Of a stretch of DNA of 64,000 bases, positions 61,243 to 64,000 are shown piece by piece. The notes beneath the pieces were generated by a model. It saw nothing but the letters and a program-made list of their open reading frames with translations, searched no databases and was not told the origin of the DNA. A program made the translations under genes and the position numbers. Each line of letters opens with the position of its first letter. Positions within the stretch are counted from its first letter, which is position 1. The DNA is from an uncultured Chloroflexia bacterium (GTDB taxonomy: Bacteria; Chloroflexota; Limnocylindria; Limnocylindrales; CSP1-4), in NCBI GenBank assembly GCA_963819655.1, contig CAWFXA010000002.1, positions 544,001 to 608,000 on the forward strand. Reading direction: 5' to 3'.

Positions 61243-64000
61243 CTAGAGCGATTCGAGGGGCGGTGGCTCCACGCCCATCTCGTCCCGCATCACAGCGGCG
61301 TAGTGCGCGTACTGCTCCGCGGCCGCGGAATGAGCGCCCGTCACGCGATACAGCCGCAACAGGCATACCTCGATCTGCTCGGCAGTCGGATCAACTTCCA
61401 ACGCTCGACGCGCGATCGTGATGCCGCGGTCGTAATGGCCCGAGGTGAAATCGTCGAGGACGGAACGCTCAACAATCTCTAGGTACGTCGCATGGAGGGT
61501 GTCGCGATACGCGGCCGCCCATTCCTCATACTCAAAGTCGAGCGCGAAACGGCCACGATAGAGCTGCGTTAGGCGATCTACTTCGTCGGGGCTCGGTCGA
61601 CTCGGCAGGTCTCGAAGTAGGTGCCGGCACTCGACACTGCGGCTTGAAACCAGCTCCGAATCAAGCCAGACCACGTCCGAGTCGTGGTGCACATAGCCAG
61701 GAGAAAGGTCGTCGGAGTAGTTCTCTTCAAAGACTCGTCGTAGGAAGTAGACGTCTGGTTCAGGGAGTTGACCGCTACCTCAGGGTCAAGTTCGGGCCAC
61801 AGCGCATCAAGGACTTGGTCACGCGTGGCGATCAGATCGGGGCGCGTGATCAGATAGCTGAGCATGGCCAATACTTTTCGCCGGATTGCTGGAACCAAGG
61901 ACAATTCGGACTCCCGATTTCCAGCGAGATCCGACCTTGATCCTCTACTTTCACAGTATCCGCGAGCCGTCGCGCTAGCGAGCGACCCAAGATTGCCGCG
62001 TCCGGACGTCGGTCGGGCGGAACGGCGAGACGACGAAGACGTGACGATGTCGCTGCGATCGCCGATGGACTCGAGTAGCCGTGCCGCTGGCAGATTGAGA
62101 TCGCGAGTGTCCTGATCCAGCCCCTGACGAAGGGCAGTGCGCCAGCGGTCAGGGTGTAGGGCAGTCGTTTGAGGAGACGAGACTAAACGTTGCCGCCTTC
62201 AGGTTCGGCAGGTGTGGAATCAAATCCTCCGCCAGGAAGCTCAGGTGCCAAGGCGACGATTGGCCGATCACGTCGATGGTTCGATGAGCTCGTCGGGACC
62301 AAGAACGGTCGAAAGGAGGAGTTCGCCCGTTCGTCGGACGCCGGTCGCACCCTGTGCAGCGGCAAAGTCTGTCGAATCGCGCAGCAGTTGGTCGATCGCC
62401 GAGCGATCACCTCGGAGAAGCGCTAGGTGGGCCTTTGTCATTCGAATGCGGACGTGACACCAACGACGGTCGGGAGTCCTGTGGGAAGGCAGTCGACTCC
62501 CGCTCGCACCAGGTGTCGCGATCGCCGTATTGCCATTCTCGCTCAGCTAGGGCCAAGCTGCCGGCGGTCTGCGACTGTGTGGGTTGAATGAGTCACCAAC
62601 TCGATCGAGAACGTCATCGCGACGAGTCGGGACGCAGAGCGAGTCGAAGGCTTCGGCCGCGTCCGCGAAGGCCTCGGTGGGGATGTACCGCGAGGCATCA
62701 GAGGTCATTCCAGAGACAAGGTCAGTGCCTCTGGTTGCTGCCTTAGTCGCAGAAGGATCGACGCCTGCAAGGACACTAGCCGCCGAGTGCTCGATCGCCC
62801 CCGTCGTCCCTTCAAGGGCCTCGAGCGCCGCTTCTGCGGCCTCTTCGAGTGCGTCATCGGTTCGATCCTGAACGAGCGAGTTCAACGCGAGGTTGAGCAT
62901 GGTGACGCCGTAGTGGTGACAGCTGTCACACGTTGTACCTGTGCCATGGCGCGGAGTCGACGATTGATCGCGTCCAGGTCTTCTCGTCTTTGGACGATCA
63001 AGGACGATATCGGCGACCTCCGCTATAGCACGCAAGTTTGGGTCAGCTGTTAACGCGGCCAAGCTTCGTCGACCAAGTCCAGGGCAGTTCTCCGTTTCCG
63101 AAGTTGAAGTTGACGAGCGTGATTAGGTTGAGCAGCGCGTGGTCTCGCTGCATGGGGTCGGTGACGCCCGAGTCGAGGACGGCTTGGCTCGCGGTTATCG
63201 CCGCTTCGTAGTCGCCGTGCTGCATATCGACCCGGCTGATGATCAGGTCGAAGCCGGGCGGTCGCTCGTGCGCCGAGATCGGGCCGATGAACGCCTCGGC
63301 CAAGGCGTATTGGCCATTCCCCATGATCGTCGGGATTGCGCCGGCGACCACGCCGAGCATCGCCTCGATATCGCCCGCCTCGCGATAGTGATGTGCCGCG
63401 ACCTTCCAGTCGGTGGCAGCCGCGGCCGCCGCCGTCCTGCGGTGGAGTGCCGCGACGGCGTCGGGCCCGTCCATCGACCGAAAGCGCGCCTCGAGGAACC
63501 CGCGAACCAGCGGGTGGTAGCGCTGGTGGGTCCGCGGACCGCCGGACAGGCGGCTGAGTAGCGTCAGACGTTCTGCGGCTGCCGTCAGTCGAGCGACATC
63601 GGCCGAGTCACGGCCCGACGCGACTTCGGCGAGCTCCGGTGTCACCACCTGCAGGATCGAGGTCTGCATCAGGAAGCGCTGCAGATCCTCCTCGAGGTCT
63701 CCGACGACCTCCTCGGCGAGATAGTCATACAGCTCGTGGTCCGCTCCGGTGAGAGTCCGGACGAAATGGCGGATCTCGGCCGGCGACCGATCGCGCAGCG
63801 CCGCCTGGACGAGTTGGAGCGATGCGATCCATCCCTCGGTGCGCACGGCGAGGTCGGCGAGGACATCGGGATCGATGCGCCGGCCATACGTCTCGGTGAA
63901 CAGCTGGGCGGTTTCCGCAACATCGAAGCGCAGCTGGTCGGTGCCGAGTTCGGCGACATCGCCCACGGCGCGCAGCTTCGAGAGCGGGATCGCGGGCGCA
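61243..64000 (-). CDS. Large MalT-like STAND regulator with TPRs and C-terminal SARP/BTAD domain; frameshifted, 5' end outside the window
   Basis: LRFDVAE, TEGWIASLQL, LYDYLAEEV, RYHPLVRGFL; TRDQVLDALWPE, LYRGRF, ALEVDPTAE, EMGVEP. Confidence 0.8.

Noticed and set aside
8924-64000. Numerous frameshifts as programmed frameshifting, phase variation or mass pseudogenisation
   Set aside because: They are scattered 1-nt indels in otherwise well-conserved genes and cluster regionally (e.g. 44.5-50.3 kb), which is typical of unpolished long-read assembly. Reads are needed to decide.
1-64000. tRNA, rRNA, integrase or transposase genes
   Set aside because: None recognised on either strand by eye.

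Overview
High-GC bacterial chromosome segment. The gene content (Tad/Flp pilus with no secretin, DegS/DegU-like system, many GT-C glycosyltransferases, frequent leaderless starts) suggests a monoderm such as Chloroflexota; this is inference. Many genes are broken by single-base indels, most likely long-read assembly errors, so some boundaries are approximate. Layout: (1) 1-13.8 kb, minus strand: GT-C glycosyltransferase, nfo, hpf, comF, DUF192, the Tad cluster (tadC, tadB, cpaF, cpaE, cpaB), four flp pilins (two absent from the ORF track) and a split DegS/DegU-like two-component system. (2) 13.8-56 kb: a very large surface-glycan region with about 12 GT-C-type membrane glycosyltransferases, nucleotide-sugar enzymes, a lower-GC wzx-wbuYZX island and a PIG-L deacetylase. 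(3) 57.3-64 kb, minus strand, the most interesting part: a MalT/BTAD regulator, a c-di-GMP-II riboswitch with an overlapping terminator, an unannotated 29-aa signal-peptide-like ORF (ending LAGGASLRGF), a membrane-bound HD-GYP phosphodiesterase and a DUF5317-MFS fusion. I propose that part (3) is a peptide-signalling system coupled to c-di-GMP. A degenerate 7-4-7 DNA motif shared by pilus, glycan and peptide-operon promoters, plus a Cle-like YxGPxRR motif in the response regulator, may tie the window into one regulon.
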